A DNA stretch of 64,000 nucleotides from the NCBI GenBank assembly GCA_951406725.2, contig OX597816.1, positions 98,084,001 through 98,148,000 on the forward strand. Reading direction: 5' to 3'. Shown piece by piece: positions 23,449 through 37,295 of the stretch. The DNA is from Octopus vulgaris (taxonomy: Eukaryota). Below the pieces are notes generated by a model that ran no database searches, was not told the DNA's origin, and saw only the letters and a list, made by a program, of their open reading frames with translations. The number at the start of each line of letters is the position of its first letter. The first letter of the stretch is position 1. The translations under genes and the position numbers were made by a program.

Positions 23449-25263
23449 TATACATATATATATACAGATATAGACATATTAGATACCATATAAACAGCTT
23501 TACACACAAAATCCCATACATACTGGAACCTAAGATATTTATACGTATTGCTGGAGAATTCTTTTCCAATATTTCCACTTTTCCCAATCAATAGAGATTT
23601 ATTGATGGTTGCATTGTATTATATTATAATATTTACTATTTATGGCGTTTTGTACAGAAAATTGCAATGCAAAAAAGGAAGCAGTCTCACATGCAATGTT
23701 TTGTGTGTGAGTATATTTCAGAAATGCTTTGAAGATGATAATTAGAAAGAAACTGTCTAATAAATTCATAAGATTTATTAAATAGCAATTCTTTTCATAA
23801 AAGTAAAGTAAACTGCAAATGTTTCTTTGATTGTTAACAAAAATTAAAAAATATAAAAAAAACTGTATTAATTTTAGATATGTTACGAGCAAACGTATGA
23901 AAAGAAACATTCAATTTGTATAGTTACGTGTATTCGTTAGTGACAATGCAACATTTGCGATATATTTAATACATTGGTATAAATTCTCATTTATATAACC
24001 GGTTTCAAAAGAACATTGATGAATAACTATTATTTTGTTTATAACAGTCAGCTTCATGAAAAAAAAAAGAAAAAACGTTGAAAACTTGATATACAAAGAG
24101 AAAAAAATGTAGATAGAATGAAATGTACTGTGAAGTTGTATTTGCTGACTAAACAGCAAACATGAAAGTTTGTGAAATTAACTAAACTGCAATAAATGGT
24201 GGCGCAGAGCCATAAAATTGGCAAATTCTCTTAACTATGTTAGAACATCATGGCTGCAGTCAGACAAAATGCAAATAACCAAATATTGAGAATAACACGA
24301 AAGAAGAGATTTAAAGCTTCAGTAATTATTGTCAATAAAATTACGGATATTTGTATTTCCTTTATTTAAATGAATCAGATCTCTGAGAGTACTCAAGATT
24401 TAAAAGAGTGTGGCTAATTCAGGTAAATTTGATAAATGTTTCTGAATTGTTTTTCTCTTTTCTTTTAATTCTGATGTTGTTTATGTAATAGAATATAATT
24501 CTGTTATACACAAGTGTTGCTTCAACAGGTGTGTGGTGGGGAGATATTCAAGCACAACTAGGATGATTCTGTTTAGTGAGCATGTTCGTTGTAATGAAGT
24601 AAAGTAAAAAAAAAAAAAGCTTTGTTGGCAACAGGTTTGGCAGTTTAAAACTGGAATAAAGTATTTGTTTCACACATACAAACGCCAACTAAGATAGATT
24701 AGATTGAAATGAAGGAGGAAATACAGAGAAGCTGGTGAATCAGAACTGATTGGCGATAACAATCACAACCAAAGAAAAGAAAATACTTCAAGCAAAAGAA
24801 GAATGTGTCATGCTTTTGTCTCTTTTATTCCTGCGATTTTAAGTTATGATTTTGGTCTTAGTATATTCAGTAACCGTTACAAATACGTCGCTCTACGCTC
24901 GGGATAATTTTAACATAACAGTAGTTAATATGTTAACTTTGATAGGCAGGTTCCTATAGACGTGTAAACTAATGCTAGCACATAGAAAGTGTTTATTTCG
25001 CCATATCAAGAGGACTGAATGGTATATACACTGTACTAATAAACTAATTATTTTAATCTTCACAACTGTAGTTGTCGAAGAACCGTGTTACGGAATTATA
25101 ATACAAAAATACCAGTTTTAACTTTATTATTCGAATTTGATATTCTCTTAGGAATGGTATTTGTTTCGCCAACCTGAATAATTGAACAATAACCTAAAAC
25201 TTAATGAATGAATTACTTGGCATAACACGACAGTTTAAACTCATTGTATATATATTACATATA

Positions 25264-26525
25264 TTGCGTTGGCAACTAAGTTCACGCCTTCTTTTTAAAA
25301 TTTAATTTTTAAAAGGTTTAATAAAAAATAACAATTATTAATCAATTATGTATTCACCCTTGTTGTTTACAACTTCTTTCCAATGTTCAACAAGATTTTT
25401 AATACCTCGTTGGTAGAAATCACCCGATTTCGACTCGAATAATTTATCCAACCAAGCTCTCAATTCTGCATCAGTATTGAACGAAACTCAGCGCATACCA
25501 TTTGAAAGAGGTCAAAACAGGTGAAAATCAGTTGGTGCCAAATCAGGAGAACACGGCGGGTGTGGCAGCACTTCCCAGTCATACTTTGGAATGTCTTCCT
25601 TGGTCATATTGGCGATATGAGGGCGGGCGTTGTCATACAGCTGAAGAACACTATGCTGACGACTAGGACTTTTCTCTTGAATATCCGTGTTGAGTCGTTC
25701 CATCAGTTGAACATAGAATTCCGCGTTGACCGTTTGGTTCTGTTCAAGCAATTCGTAATGGATAATCCCTTCCTAGTCCCACCATACGCACAACATCATT
25801 TTACGCGGATGAAGATCTTGTTTCACGCGCGGTGTCGCTTGTTTACCGGGGCTAAGCCATTCCTTACACTGCTTCATATTGATGTACAGGCATCATTTTT
25901 CGTCGCCAGTAATGATGCGGTAAAGTAATCGTTTCTTGTGTCAATAAGTTGAGCGTTGACGAGCAAGCAAACCAGCGGAGATTGTGGCTCGCAGATTTTT
26001 GTTGTTATCACTTAAAGCATACGGAACTCATTCTCCATACTTCTGAACCTTTTCCATCAAGTGAAGGTGCTTCTCTATAGCAGTGTGGGAGCATTCCATT
26101 TTCTCTGCCAGTTTCCTTGTCGTTTGACGAGAATTTTCCTGTAAAAGTTGGTTTAATCGCTCTTTATCGCACTCAACTGGACGGCCAGAACGAGGTGTAC
26201 CTTTGAGGTCAAAATTTCCATACCAATCACGAGCGGTTCTTTCAGCTATGGCACCCTCTCCATACACAGCACAAATATCGGGAGCAGCTTTTGCCGCCTA
26301 AGAACCTTGATTAAAAGCAAAAAGAAGGTGTCGAAAATGTTCGTTTTTTACATTCCATTTTAATGATCTGAAAATAAACAAAAATTAACTAAAATTAACT
26401 AGAAAAAAAAATAGAGTCCAAAATGATTCAAAAAGAGAATTCTCGAAAAAAATTGATTCCAGAATTTAAAAACGCAATAAATTCCAAAATTTAAAAAAAT
26501 GCCGGGAACTTAGTTGCCAACCAAA
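25264..26525 (-). mobile_element. Full-length mariner (DD34D) DNA transposon, inactive
   Basis: TIRs ttgcgttggcaactaagttc and gaacttagttgccaaccaaa; TA duplication at 25262-25263 and 26526-26527; 1262 bp. Confidence 0.95.
25338..26358 (-). pseudogene. Mariner transposase pseudogene
   Basis: EHFRHLLFAFNQG, PRSGRP, IITGDEK*, YDNARPH and HPPCSPDLAPTDFHLF (34 residues between the 2nd and 3rd D); ends GEYIID*. Contains stops and frameshifts. Confidence 0.93.
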
Positions 26526-27434
26526 TAATATACACTAATGACTAATATAGCGCAGTGCGGTAACTATATCTTCAAAACATCAGCTTAATCCGTGTTGTTT
26601 TCTTTTCCATCAGCCCGTTCTACTATAATTTCCGATTTGAATATTCACGATGCATAAAACATGTTGGTGTTGATATTCAATTAGATATTTTGAAAGGATG
26701 ACATGATCACAGTTCTTTCACATCTGGCTGACTTCGTTGATGTAATGTCGCATATGAAACTGGAGATGAATGCTGCGAGACTAAATTATTATGAGGACAC
26801 AGAGATTTTCACTAGCACTTGTCTCTATTCTGGCATGTGTATGTAATCCACAAAAATGCATTTCCATCTTCATTCCTTTTATTTCAACTATGATTTTCAG
26901 ATTCCTGGGACAAGTAGAATCAATTGTAATCAAGTACTGGTGTCTATAGTATCAATTTAGTATTTTTCCTTAAGTGACCTAGCGCATAAATTATAAACCA
27001 TTTATTTAATTTCTTGATGAAGCTCATTCTACCTTTTTACTTTATCACAGTTTGCTAAAATATGCTATTCTTGCCAAAATACATGCATACAAAGATATAT
27101 ACATACACACGTTTCCTTATAACTAGTGTTATTAACTGTATTTGCACAACACATAGATCTATATGGAGCACACACCAGTTACATTTTATCACGTAAGGTA
27201 TATTCATTTATATTTGAAAAGACTATACACACGAAATGCCTAAACGCACACACACATGCATACATATATAAGCAACAGGATTTCAAGTAGTATTGCACTA
27301 CAAACGTTTCAAGGGGCTCCATTTAATTGAAAACTGATGCACTTACATCTATTTAAATACAGCGCTACCTTTAGATATATATATATATAGATAGATAGAT
27401 AGATAGATATACATATAGATATGTACATACACAC

Positions 27435-27509
<75 letters not shown>

Positions 27510-27511
<2 letters not shown>

Positions 27512-27707
27512 GGAGTAAACACATAAATGTGAAACAAGGTGGAAAAAAGAGTACTCAAATACCAGAGGTAGAGTAATATGCTTTATTTAAAAGCAGCAGA
27601 AATACAACAAAACCTGTTACTCGGAGTTTTAACAAAACTGTCCGACGAACGGGAACGTGAAACTCCGAGTAACAGGTTTTGTTGAATCTCCACTGATTTT
27701 AAATAAA

Positions 27708-27708
<1 letters not shown>
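27510..27708. mobile_element. PLE-type terminal repeat with internal inversion, embedded in (TA)n
   Basis: 27510-27629 is nearly identical to 34899-35018. 27581-27629 is inverted at 27660-27708. Confidence 0.75.
27638..27675 (+). ncRNA. Minimal hammerhead ribozyme motif (U4C core variant)
   Basis: CTGT-CCGACGA-ACG ggaa CGT-GAAAC-tccga-GTA-ACAG. Confidence 0.7.
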
Positions 27709-27750
<42 letters not shown>

Positions 27751-27974
27751 TATATATATACACATATAGTTGTATATATGCATAATTCTTAATATTAACA
27801 CTTAGCAGAAGCAACAGAGTGACAGAGAGCCGTTTGCACTTATCAATACACGAAACATTTGATCCTTGATTCTCTCATTTGCTTCTATTAAATGTTAATG
27901 AAAATATACACATACTCAAGTTTTGAATTCTATTTTTCCCTCTTTCCATCCACCATAATTATATATATTTGTCA

Positions 27975-28006
<32 letters not shown>

Positions 28007-28194
28007 ATATATTTATATATATATATTATGCACACGCACACACATACACACACACACACACACACACGCACACACACACACAAACATATAAAGTTGTTTC
28101 CGTGTTTCACCCATTTGTTCGACGTTTTCCGTAGATTAAAAAGTCTTTAGATTTTCAATTTCATATGACACCTCTCTGTTTTCACTCCTCATTT

Positions 28195-28230
28195 CTTTCT
28201 GTAGAAGAGCGTAGGCTCGGTGCGTCAAAG
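28195..28230 (+). ncRNA. Degenerate copy of the atypical hammerhead-like motif
   Basis: CTTT-CTGTAGAA-GAGC gtag GCTC-(GGTGC in place of GAAAC)-GTC-AAAG; homologous to 34685-34722. Confidence 0.4.
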
Positions 28231-29440
28231 TCTCTTCCATTATATCCTGAGCGTCAAATCAATACACGTTGTCTGTTGTTCCATCACCTTTTTTTCTTTG
28301 TGCAATTTTCAACCATATGCATGCACGTATGTATGTATGTGTATGCATGCATATGTGTACGTATGTATACACATGTCTCCAATCGACGCTAACATAGTTA
28401 TAGCCAGCACGTAATCTCATAATTCCTGTACCTATTCATTTCGCGGGTAAATGAGAATGATAGCTAATTATTTTTACGCACCCAATTTCACATATGACCC
28501 GTAAAATACCTTAAACTTACAATTCAACAACAAACTATAGTACCAATCATATACTTAAACTAATCTCATATAAATATATGGAAGTTTCAAGATTACAATG
28601 TCATATTAAATAGAAACGCTGAAGATTACTAATCTAGGCAAACGGCGAACTAATGGGTGAAATATGGAAACAATAAAGAAGACACGACATCATTTATCTA
28701 TTAACCAAAAATGCTTCGACATCAACCAATCGAGTGGGATTCAAGTTAAAGATATTCAAAATCTCTTTAGTAACTATTAGACCTAAAAACCCAAAATGCA
28801 AATAGATTATTGTCATAAATAAGAAATCGCAGAACAGATAACTTAATGCAACTTGTTGAAAAACAACTGCAATAAAAGCATATGCGTCTGTATACATGCA
28901 TACCTACACACACACGCACGCTCGCACAAACACATGCACTCACACATACACACACACACATATGAATTTACTCGAAACAGAAACCAAAATGGTTAACACT
29001 TAATGCTACTGTAAATATAGAAAGTATAAAGTTAATCGTAAAAAAGCATGTATTAAGCTAGTGTTTATTTAAGTAATCTATTAATGACTATTAAAAGGAA
29101 TGAAAGAAAACGAAAAGCAGTCTATCGCTCAAAGAAAGGTAAAATTAACGAAAACTTTTCGCTGATGTAATTAAGCATCCAGGTAATTAAAATTGTAATG
29201 AACGTAAAGAAAATCTGTCTACCACAAATTACATCGGACTATTAACATACAATTCAATCCAACAGTGACAGCAAGTCCCAGTATAAACTTTAAAACTGAT
29301 TTGTGATATTAAAAACATAGACAAGAATTTCCGAACATTTACATTCCATTCGAAAGCAACAACTACAAATAATTAAGCGCAAATAACAAAGCTGGAAGAC
29401 ACACATATCAGTACATAAATTTCAATACGGTATATACACA

Positions 29441-29483
<43 letters not shown>

Positions 29484-31289
29484 TTGTATATAATGCAATT
29501 TTCTGCGATAGAAAATTCAACAAATAAGGTAGTCTGTCTGTTGAGAGATACATTTTAGTTTTCCAAACGAAACAATACATGGAATATGTGCTACTATTAG
29601 TTTCATATGTTGAGAAATATCTCAATCCTATTTATCAAGTACAAACCACATATCATAACGAACTAAAAAAAAACATCGTATAAGGGAATAAACGCGAAAA
29701 AACTGAAAAGGCTGCATATAGAAAACACGGAAGTTTAAAATAATACGGACAGCGAAAAACGAAAATACAAAAACTATATATTGGGGCAAATATACATGAG
29801 TTTTGTGGGTGACTGCGATACGTCCAATCCATAGTGGGAGTTTGAGAGAATTTCAAGATGAATTCCAGGTATTTGCTCTCCAATGCTTAGCGCAGGTCAC
29901 GTGGTGGTATTGCCATAAAAACGACACCAGGTATTTTATGCTCACGTCTTCGCACTGGATGATGCCTGGGACCTTGCGCACATTTGGCAGTATGTTGCCC
30001 TTTGAGTATTCATTGATATTAGCTCCTTGAAGTGGACACCACAAATGATATGTTGGAATATTTATGCCGCCCAGCAAAGCTAAGTTGTCAACTAGTGTGT
30101 GAACACATTAGCGGTACCACATGTGCTGCATACTTTGGTAGACAACATCACCTCGATGTCAGAATTATTATGAAGATTGTGCCTATTAAAGATTGTAACC
30201 TAAGACTGTTGGGCGAATTTACTTTCGCCCAACTTGATGCCGAAAAAAGTCACAGCACGTGAATGGCACCCAATAATTCTCAGTAACTATTCTCAGCACA
30301 TACAAACATACAATACTTTAAGTGCTGGAAAAGGACAAATTCTACCTCCTCGTTTTCCTTCCTCTGAAGATTCCGTGGCTTTAGAAATGACTCCTCCAAC
30401 ATCAAATGGTGTCTCATTAACTTGACCTCTCCCTTACACATCTAGGACTTGCAGTTCCCAGCTCAATCAATCACAGAATCTACACTAACTCCAACAAAAA
30501 AGAAATGTATGAACTTCAAACCACTATCAGCACACAGACCATACAAAGCCTATACTCACCCATGCACAGGGCAAGATATCTAGTCGTTTCCACCTACATA
30601 GCTCACCCTTTTTGTTTTTGAAGCCTCAGTTATAACAAATACTGTAAAGAATGTTGTCGCTAGTATGCTCGTACTCCATTGAACAATCCATGGATCACGT
30701 AACACTTCTATTATGTGCGATACCCAGTGCAAAGAACTGTTGTCGCTAAAAATGATATGCTGTAGCGTGCCGCCAAATTGGCTCAAGCAACCTATCGATG
30801 AAATTAAAATTGTATTTGTAACATGATGTGAAATAGTGCGGGGCCCAGTTGAAAACAGAAGGTTGATACAATTACTTAGAAGAAATATTAATTATACAGA
30901 TTTATACACAATTTTGCAGACTGTTACATATGTCTATACAATATTTTTTTTCAATTTAGAACAGGTGAGAAGTTAGAACTGAAATATCTTCTACCTACAG
31001 CTGCATTCGATTACGCAATGCAATAAAGTTCAGGAGCTTGTTGATCCGGTTATGCGTGTGTGTATCACGAAGTAGTACACACAAGCATTTGTATACACAC
31101 ACGCATACACACATCTGATAGCTTGACACCCCCATATATAAATACACGCACATAGACACAAGCATTTGCTGAGACACTTCACCAAGGTTACAGTTGTCTC
31201 CCATCCGTTTAAGCACTTTATTGCAATCAATTCTACATGTGCAACCGTAAATCCAAACAGGTTTTACTTTTCCATTTTCTTTCCTCATA

Positions 31290-31327
31290 TCTTTCTGTCG
31301 AAGAGTGGAAGCTTGAAATGTCAAAGA
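31290..31327 (+). ncRNA. Atypical hammerhead-like motif
   Basis: TCTTT-CTGTCGAA-GAGT ggaa GCTT-GAAAT-GTC-AAAGA. Confidence 0.45.
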
Positions 31328-31483
31328 CTTCTCCATTTCACCTTAGACTCAAATTAATTCACCTCGTTTGTTGTAGTCTCACATGTCTCTGTATTCTGTA
31401 TTTTGCTTTTTGTACTTGTGAGACCCAAATATATAGATGTATGTATGTATGTATGTATGTATGTATGTATGTATGTATTTATG

Positions 31484-31517
<34 letters not shown>

Positions 31518-31896
31518 TGTATGTATGTATGTATGTATGTATGTATGTATGTATGTATGTGTGCGTGTGTATCGTGAGTGAGGGAGCAGGATTATTATAT
31601 GAACTTGGTTATTTTCAACATTATATTAATTTGGAAAAATTGATATAGAGATGAAAAATTTATAATTTGTCATGATGTGTGGAGCAATATTTCCCCAAAT
31701 GGCATTAAATGAAAGAAAATTTATGTAATTTGACACTGAGGAGCAACGGTTGCATTGCGTCATAATATAAGCTTAATAACATTTGGGAGATGAACAGGAA
31801 TAAAATGTAGTGTAAAATACCACAGAGGACATTTACATTAATATTGGTTAAGTAACACAACGCTGAACAAACTGAAATTATATCACATATATACCC

Positions 31897-31976
<80 letters not shown>

Positions 31977-32247
31977 ACATAAACGTGTCTCTGTTTGTGC
32001 GTCTGTGCATATGTATATGTTTGCGTATGTGTTTCTGTGTCTGCGCGTGCACATATATATCAGTGTATGTATGCCGGTATGGATATAACAAAGAAACAAT
32101 TACATATTAACCTCTTCAGGTGCGCGTGATGCAAGATCAGACCAAATGAAAAAAAGCTCATAATGTTAGCAAATTTTATTAATTACCATAACAGTAAATT
32201 AGTTGATGTGTCATATTCTATCATTTCTACGAACTTAGCTGTATGTA

Positions 32248-32330
<83 letters not shown>

Positions 32331-32344
32331 AAATGTAAACAGAT

Positions 32345-32378
<34 letters not shown>

Positions 32379-33327
32379 CAGACAGGCAGGCAAATAGATA
32401 GAGAAATAGGTATACATGTATGCTTCATGTCTGACGGAGGTGTTTTCACTAATGCATAATATATGAAGAAAATTAAGTCACACAAGTTGGAGCGGTAATA
32501 TTGTCTTAAATATGAAGTAATCTCATACGCTATTATGCATGTTATATCACTAATATACCTAATATAGACATGGACTCAATATTGACTAATTCATTGTGGC
32601 ATCTGTTTTGACCTTATATTCATTATACTATCATAGCTATATATTAGCATACCCGCATCGTCAAAAATGCTAACAATTCTATTAAATATAGAAAATGGCC
32701 TATCAAGTCAATGGGAGGAATCATTGATAAATGCCAGCTGTCAAATTATGCACCTACACACAATTGAAGCACTTGAACTATCAGAGAGAGTTTTAAATTT
32801 GACGAAGTTATCACCAAGTAAAAATGTGTCGACAACTATGATTGACAGTAGCTGGTGACAAACGGATGTGTAATTCCGAAGATGTGACGATTTACGTCAT
32901 CAGATCAACCGCGGAAAGGACAGGACCCGAGGTGTAGAGCGATACCACATATGCTGCGGAGCCACTTCACAAGCGACTATCCAAAATAACTGCATCTACA
33001 CAAATACACATTTCTTCGACTGTATCCGTCTGAAGATAGGCCTCTTCACCCGAAATAAGGAAGGTATATTATACTTTCATGTCTGCATACATGAAAGCAT
33101 TCTTCATTTATAGTTTCATTGATTGTTCTACTTCTGTATTATAAGGATACGTGTGAAGTACCACATACTTCAGGTATTATAGCAGACAGTTCACATATAA
33201 TGGAGTTTAATGAAATATATCACACTGCACAACCTACTGAAAGCAAATGCGGTAAAGAGAAATATATCTACAGTTTTTCGAATGGTGACGTTATTTGTGC
33301 GTGTTCTGTGTGCGTATACACACACAG

Positions 33328-33359
<32 letters not shown>

Positions 33360-33530
33360 ACACACACACGCACACACACACATATATATATATAGAGAGA
33401 GAGATTGAGATAAATATGGTACTTAAGCTAAGGCACCAGAATTTAGTCCGATATTGTCCATAAAATTTCAAAAAACGTGATTAAATTCAAAATAAGCAAT
33501 AAGAATATCCAGAGGTAATACAGAGGTAAT

Positions 33531-34388
33531 ACAGAAGCTACTAAGGTATTAAGAAGATATACATTGTTAAATACTCGGCCTGTCACTGATGTATTTTGTT
33601 TCTTATAGGGTCTGTTTTAATTTATAGTCTAGGTTATCAAATCCTTGTATATCTAAGGCTGAGAGAACAAAGGGGCAGTATCTTTTGGGCGTAGGGCTGA
33701 GAGAGCAGATAGAAATCATAGCTGTTATTGTCACAAAAATCAAGATTTATTAGAAGCAATATCATGAGGTTTGGTAAAGGAAAACTTAAAACAAGATGTT
33801 AACTGACAATTAAGGGGGTTGCCCACTAGCAGACCATTGATAATGAAACGGGGGAAGTCTTATCATGTAGTACTATAGTTAAATAGTTTAAGCAATGTTA
33901 CTATATTGTATACAGTTAAAGTTTAGGGTTATTCAGAGGATTATTAAAAACAATATTTTAACAAAAGAATAGAAATTTATGAATACTTTTGAGTATATAC
34001 CTAACTTTTACCATAATAGAGGGAGGAAAAGGAATTATCCAGAATTAGTTTAATATCTATACATATTTTACAATCAGATGATATCTGTGAATATTGATTA
34101 ATTGGTATATACTGGTATTAATAAAGGAGTATTGAGGTAAAAGAACATGCTAATTATATTAATATATAATTAATGATATATATGCTAATATATATACATA
34201 TATGATTTCTTTCTGCTTCCTCAGCCCTACCCCTAACAGATACTGCTCCTTTGTTCTCTCAGCGTTAGATATACAAGGATTTGAGAAACTAGTCTATAAA
34301 TTTAAGCTGACCCCATAAAAAACAAAAAATTAGTGACAGGCAGAGTCTGTAACAATGTATATATTCTTGATACCTTAGTAGCTTCTGT
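33531..34388. repeat. Long imperfect inverted repeat (arms 33531-33720 and 34201-34388)
   Basis: acagaagctactaaggtat…caaatccttgtatatctaaggctgagagaacaaagg…gaaatcata is mirrored by tatgatttc…cctttgttctctcagcgttagatatacaaggatttg…ataccttagtagcttctgt. Confidence 0.88.
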
Positions 34389-34684
34389 GCTTCTCTTCTC
34401 TCTTCATCACATCACAATACACCACCCACACATACATACATACACACGTCCAGACCACCAGCCCTCTTTCACACGCACATACATACTCTCTTATATACAC
34501 ACGCACCATCGTGTGGGGGCCACCTTCGTTTTGGAAGTCACTTGACCCTGTTATCTCCCCTACTATCCCTCTAGCGTCTAAAGTCTGACCTCTGACCTCT
34601 GATCACTGCCTGAAGTCAGAACGCCATGATAGATCGTTAGCTCCTACACGTATTTTTTTTCTCTCCTTGTTTCTTTTCTGTGTA

Positions 34685-34722
34685 TCTTTCTGTCGAAGAG
34701 CTTAGGCTCGAAACGTAAAAGA
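34685..34722 (+). ncRNA. Atypical minimal hammerhead-like motif
   Basis: TCTTT-CTGTCGAA-GAGC ttag GCTC-GAAAC-GTA-AAAGA; stems I and II are perfect and stem III is a loopless palindromic ACGT. Confidence 0.55.
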
Positions 34723-34827
34723 CTTGTTCTATTTCTATTCCTGAGCGTCATACAAATACATTTGTTTGTTTGTTACTCCACCTGCCTTCGTCTTTTGTTT
34801 ATTTTCGTAAACCTTCCCGTTATATAT

Positions 34828-34898
<71 letters not shown>

Positions 34899-34899
<1 letters not shown>

Positions 34900-35050
34900 C
34901 GGAGTAAACACATAAATGTGAAACAAGGTGGAAAAAAGAGTACTCAAATACCAGTGGTAGAGTAATATGCTTTATTTTAAGCAGCAGAAAATTCAACAAA
35001 ATCTGTTACTCTGAGTTTCTCGTTGCCGTTCATCAGACAGTTTTTGCTAG
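34899..35050 (-). mobile_element. PLE-type terminal repeat in (TA)n
   Basis: Same family as 27510-27708; carries a hammerhead and is flanked by TA runs. Confidence 0.75.
35003..35040 (-). ncRNA. Minimal hammerhead ribozyme motif
   Basis: Minus strand: CTGT-CTGATGA-ACG gcaa CGA-GAAAC-tcaga-GTA-ACAG. Confidence 0.78.
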
Positions 35051-35371
35051 AATATATATATATATACCATATGTTATATATTATATCATACCTTAACACA
35101 GTGTGGACTACGATCCCTGTTGACAGACCGCTGGTTTTTATAGAGTGTTAAACACTTACGGTATGCAAATTAGGTACTTGGTCATAGACTAGCAGCACAT
35201 TTGTTGAGTGTATAAATAATGTAGCTGCTTGCTTCTCTGGAGACTCTCAGAATGGTGTAGACGCTTCTGATTAAAACTCAATAAGGTTCGAAAATCGATT
35301 TAATGATATTCAGCCTTTCTTACAGTCTGCGGAGGAAAGTCTAAAATTTGCCCTGTTTAAAATTATACTAT

Positions 35372-35433
<62 letters not shown>

Positions 35434-35526
35434 CACACAGACACATATTTATATATGTATATATACATATGCGTGTGAGCGTATGTGTGTGTGTGCGCGT
35501 GTGTGTGTGTGTGCGTGTGTGTGTGC

Positions 35527-35575
<49 letters not shown>

Positions 35576-35697
35576 TGCGTGTGTGTGTGTATAATGAAAG
35601 GTTCAAGATGCGGAAGAGTTAAAAGATAATATCTAAACTTAGAAGGATGTGAACATATATCTTATAAAAGAGAATATCTGAACATACTTTGGTCGCT

Positions 35698-35910
35698 AAG
35701 GCTGCGAGCTGGCAGAATCATTAGCACACCGGGCAAAGTACATAGCGGCATTTCTTCCGTCTTTGCATCTTGAATTCAAATTCTGCTGTAATTGAGTTTG
35801 CCTTCCATGATTTCGGGATCCATAAAATATCTACTAGGGGACTGGGGTCGATGTAATTGACTTAGCCCCTAGCCCTAAATTCCTGGCTCCGTGTCAAGAT
35901 TTGAAACCAA
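35698..35910 (+). mobile_element. tRNA-derived SINE, uninterrupted
   Basis: Same head and body as 4496-4551 plus 8703-8792, but a different tail (…gtgtcaagatttgaaaccaa). Confidence 0.8.
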
Positions 35911-36069
35911 CATTCTTCAGCTTCAGTCAGAGGAGAATAGGGAGTTTATATAAATTTTCGGTAGGCTTTCCGTAGTTGTTGAAGGAAAGGAAGAATATAG
36001 CCAGAGTTCATTGTATTACACGCTACATCGAAGTATCCTACATCTGGAATACTTGCAGATTGTATTGTT

Positions 36070-37090
36070 AGTAGAGTGAAGTATCATATCTACTACTCGT
36101 AGTATCATAAAAATGAAAATGTTTAGAAGTAATAGCATCTATAAGAACATAAATTATTGCAGGTTAAATGTAATTTAATCTTATGTGGCAGGAGACTGTG
36201 ACTAGAGAGATGAAATAAGTGAATTTGGCGACGGTGCGTTTAATATCATCTAAAGCAAAGTCTTAAACAAATGGTGGAGATTAATATGATTTAAGTAAGA
36301 TAGAATGTAATTTTAACTAAAGTATCATAACATTAGTGAGGTATGACGTTCCATCCATTAATTTAACATACCATTCAAAAGGTTAACATGTAATATCTTA
36401 TTAACAAAACACTGCCTGCCATGATGTGTAATATCCTGTAAAGCAAATATAATAACACTGAATAATATGGTGTAGGATATCATCTAAGGAAATATATCTA
36501 TGAATAGAGAGATCTGTAATAAAATCTAAATATCATAACAATGAAGAGTTGGTATGTAAATTGACATGACAAAGCGTTGGGGACGCAATATCATCTCTAT
36601 ATCTTTGAAACTGATGTAAATCTTTCAGTGTATTATTTAAATTAAATGCTTTCAAAAGTGCCTGACATTAATATAATTTAGGTCTGACGTAGCATTAGCG
36701 AAGTTGAGATCTAATATCTGTTAAAATATCGTGGCATTTTATACTAAGATGTAATAACATTGACAACATAATATTGAAGAATGTGAAATATAATATCAAA
36801 TAAAATGATATGACATTGACGTTTGTGTGGTATGATATATATATATACAGTGTTATTATTCAATGAAGCTGCGATGAAATATGTTTAATCAACATAACAC
36901 TGAGAAAAGAATATAATATTACCGTGAGTGTTACGCATTAAATTATCGAGTAGTTCTTAAAGTAGAGTGAAATGTATCCTTATTTAAAACAACAAAGAAG
37001 GTAAGTACATTGAAATACATTATCTACATAAAACTAGAAAATGGGTAATGATTTAATAACATAACTAGTGACGTTCTAAATATAAATTCT
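36070..37090 (+). repeat. Degenerate tandem array, unit about 41 nt (core GAGATGTAATATCAT)
   Basis: Recurrent variants such as aatgtaattttaactaaagtatcataac, catgtaatatctt, gtttaatatcatctaaagc, gagatctaatatct and aagatgtaataacat at roughly 40-nt spacing. Confidence 0.7.
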
Positions 37091-37295
37091 TGGGATTAAG
37101 TTTTAGTATAATCTAAATTAACGTATTCTATGCCAACAAAATTTCGATATTGTATAAATTGTGGTGTGGTGATAAAAAATCTACCAACCATCGTTTCCCC
37201 AGTTTGAGGATAGGGGAATGGCCTGTAGGTGAGCTGTGAATACTCAGGAATTAGACCAGACAAAATCATGGGTAGCCCTTTGGCAAGGCATAGCA

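Noticed and set aside
24490-24760. Possible decayed GIY-YIG remnant (FSEHVR-like)
   Set aside because: Too few conserved residues to support a feature.
29800-30600. GC-richer segment with several short ORFs, possibly a retroelement relic
   Set aside because: It has no motif I can assign with confidence.
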